A stretch of 61,537 nt of DNA, the filler included, from Pirum gemmata (taxonomy: Eukaryota): assembly GCA_002812295.1 (NCBI GenBank). It is 16 parts of 16 records of this genome, joined end to end, with 100 filler letters (N's around TTAATTAATTAA, not from the genome) between each part and the next. Parts side by side here need not be neighbours in the genome. Positions count along the whole stretch, not along the records: positions 58,125 to 61,537 come from PDIN01002548.1; 15 more parts are not named here. One strand, 5' to 3'. Positions 61,503 to 61,537 of the stretch are shown one piece after another (within the stretch, counting starts at the first letter, position 1; each line of letters starts with the position of its first letter). Below the pieces are notes generated by a model. The model ran no database searches. It saw nothing but the letters and a program-made list of their open reading frames with translations, and had not been told where the DNA came from. A program made the position numbers and the translations under genes.

Positions 61503-61537
<35 letters not shown>

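Overview
Very AT-rich, intron-containing eukaryotic DNA. It has TTAGGG-type repeats, an HDEL-bearing BiP and a LEU1 gene, so it is not animal; a unicellular opisthokont such as an ichthyosporean is plausible but is inference only. The window is not one locus: 16 short scaffolds (mostly about 3.4-3.5 kb) are joined by 15 artificial N44-TTAATTAATTAA-N44 linkers, so adjacency across linkers is meaningless. Recognisable host gene pieces are BiP/HSP70, ATIC/purH, an ABCG transporter, LEU1, PCNA, an ERV/ALR sulfhydryl oxidase domain and an S10 serine carboxypeptidase. There are two intact intronless secreted-protein ORFs: a divergent His-rich Cu-monooxygenase-like protein, and a pentapeptide-repeat protein with a hydrophobic hairpin flanked by a duplicated unknown domain. 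Mobile DNA includes a Ty3/Gypsy element whose gag and pol are in frame and separated by a single TGA-CTA (probable stop-codon readthrough), and a tandem, internally deleted Ty1/Copia element whose PBS matches the 5' half of tRNA-Ile. There are also several MITE families, a foldback-like element and a 144-bp tandem array. Window-wide oddities are telomeric repeats filling introns up to the splice sites, recurrent TA/GTCTA micro-insertions resembling transposon footprints, and degenerate duplications of gene 3' ends. All calls were made by eye, without database searches.
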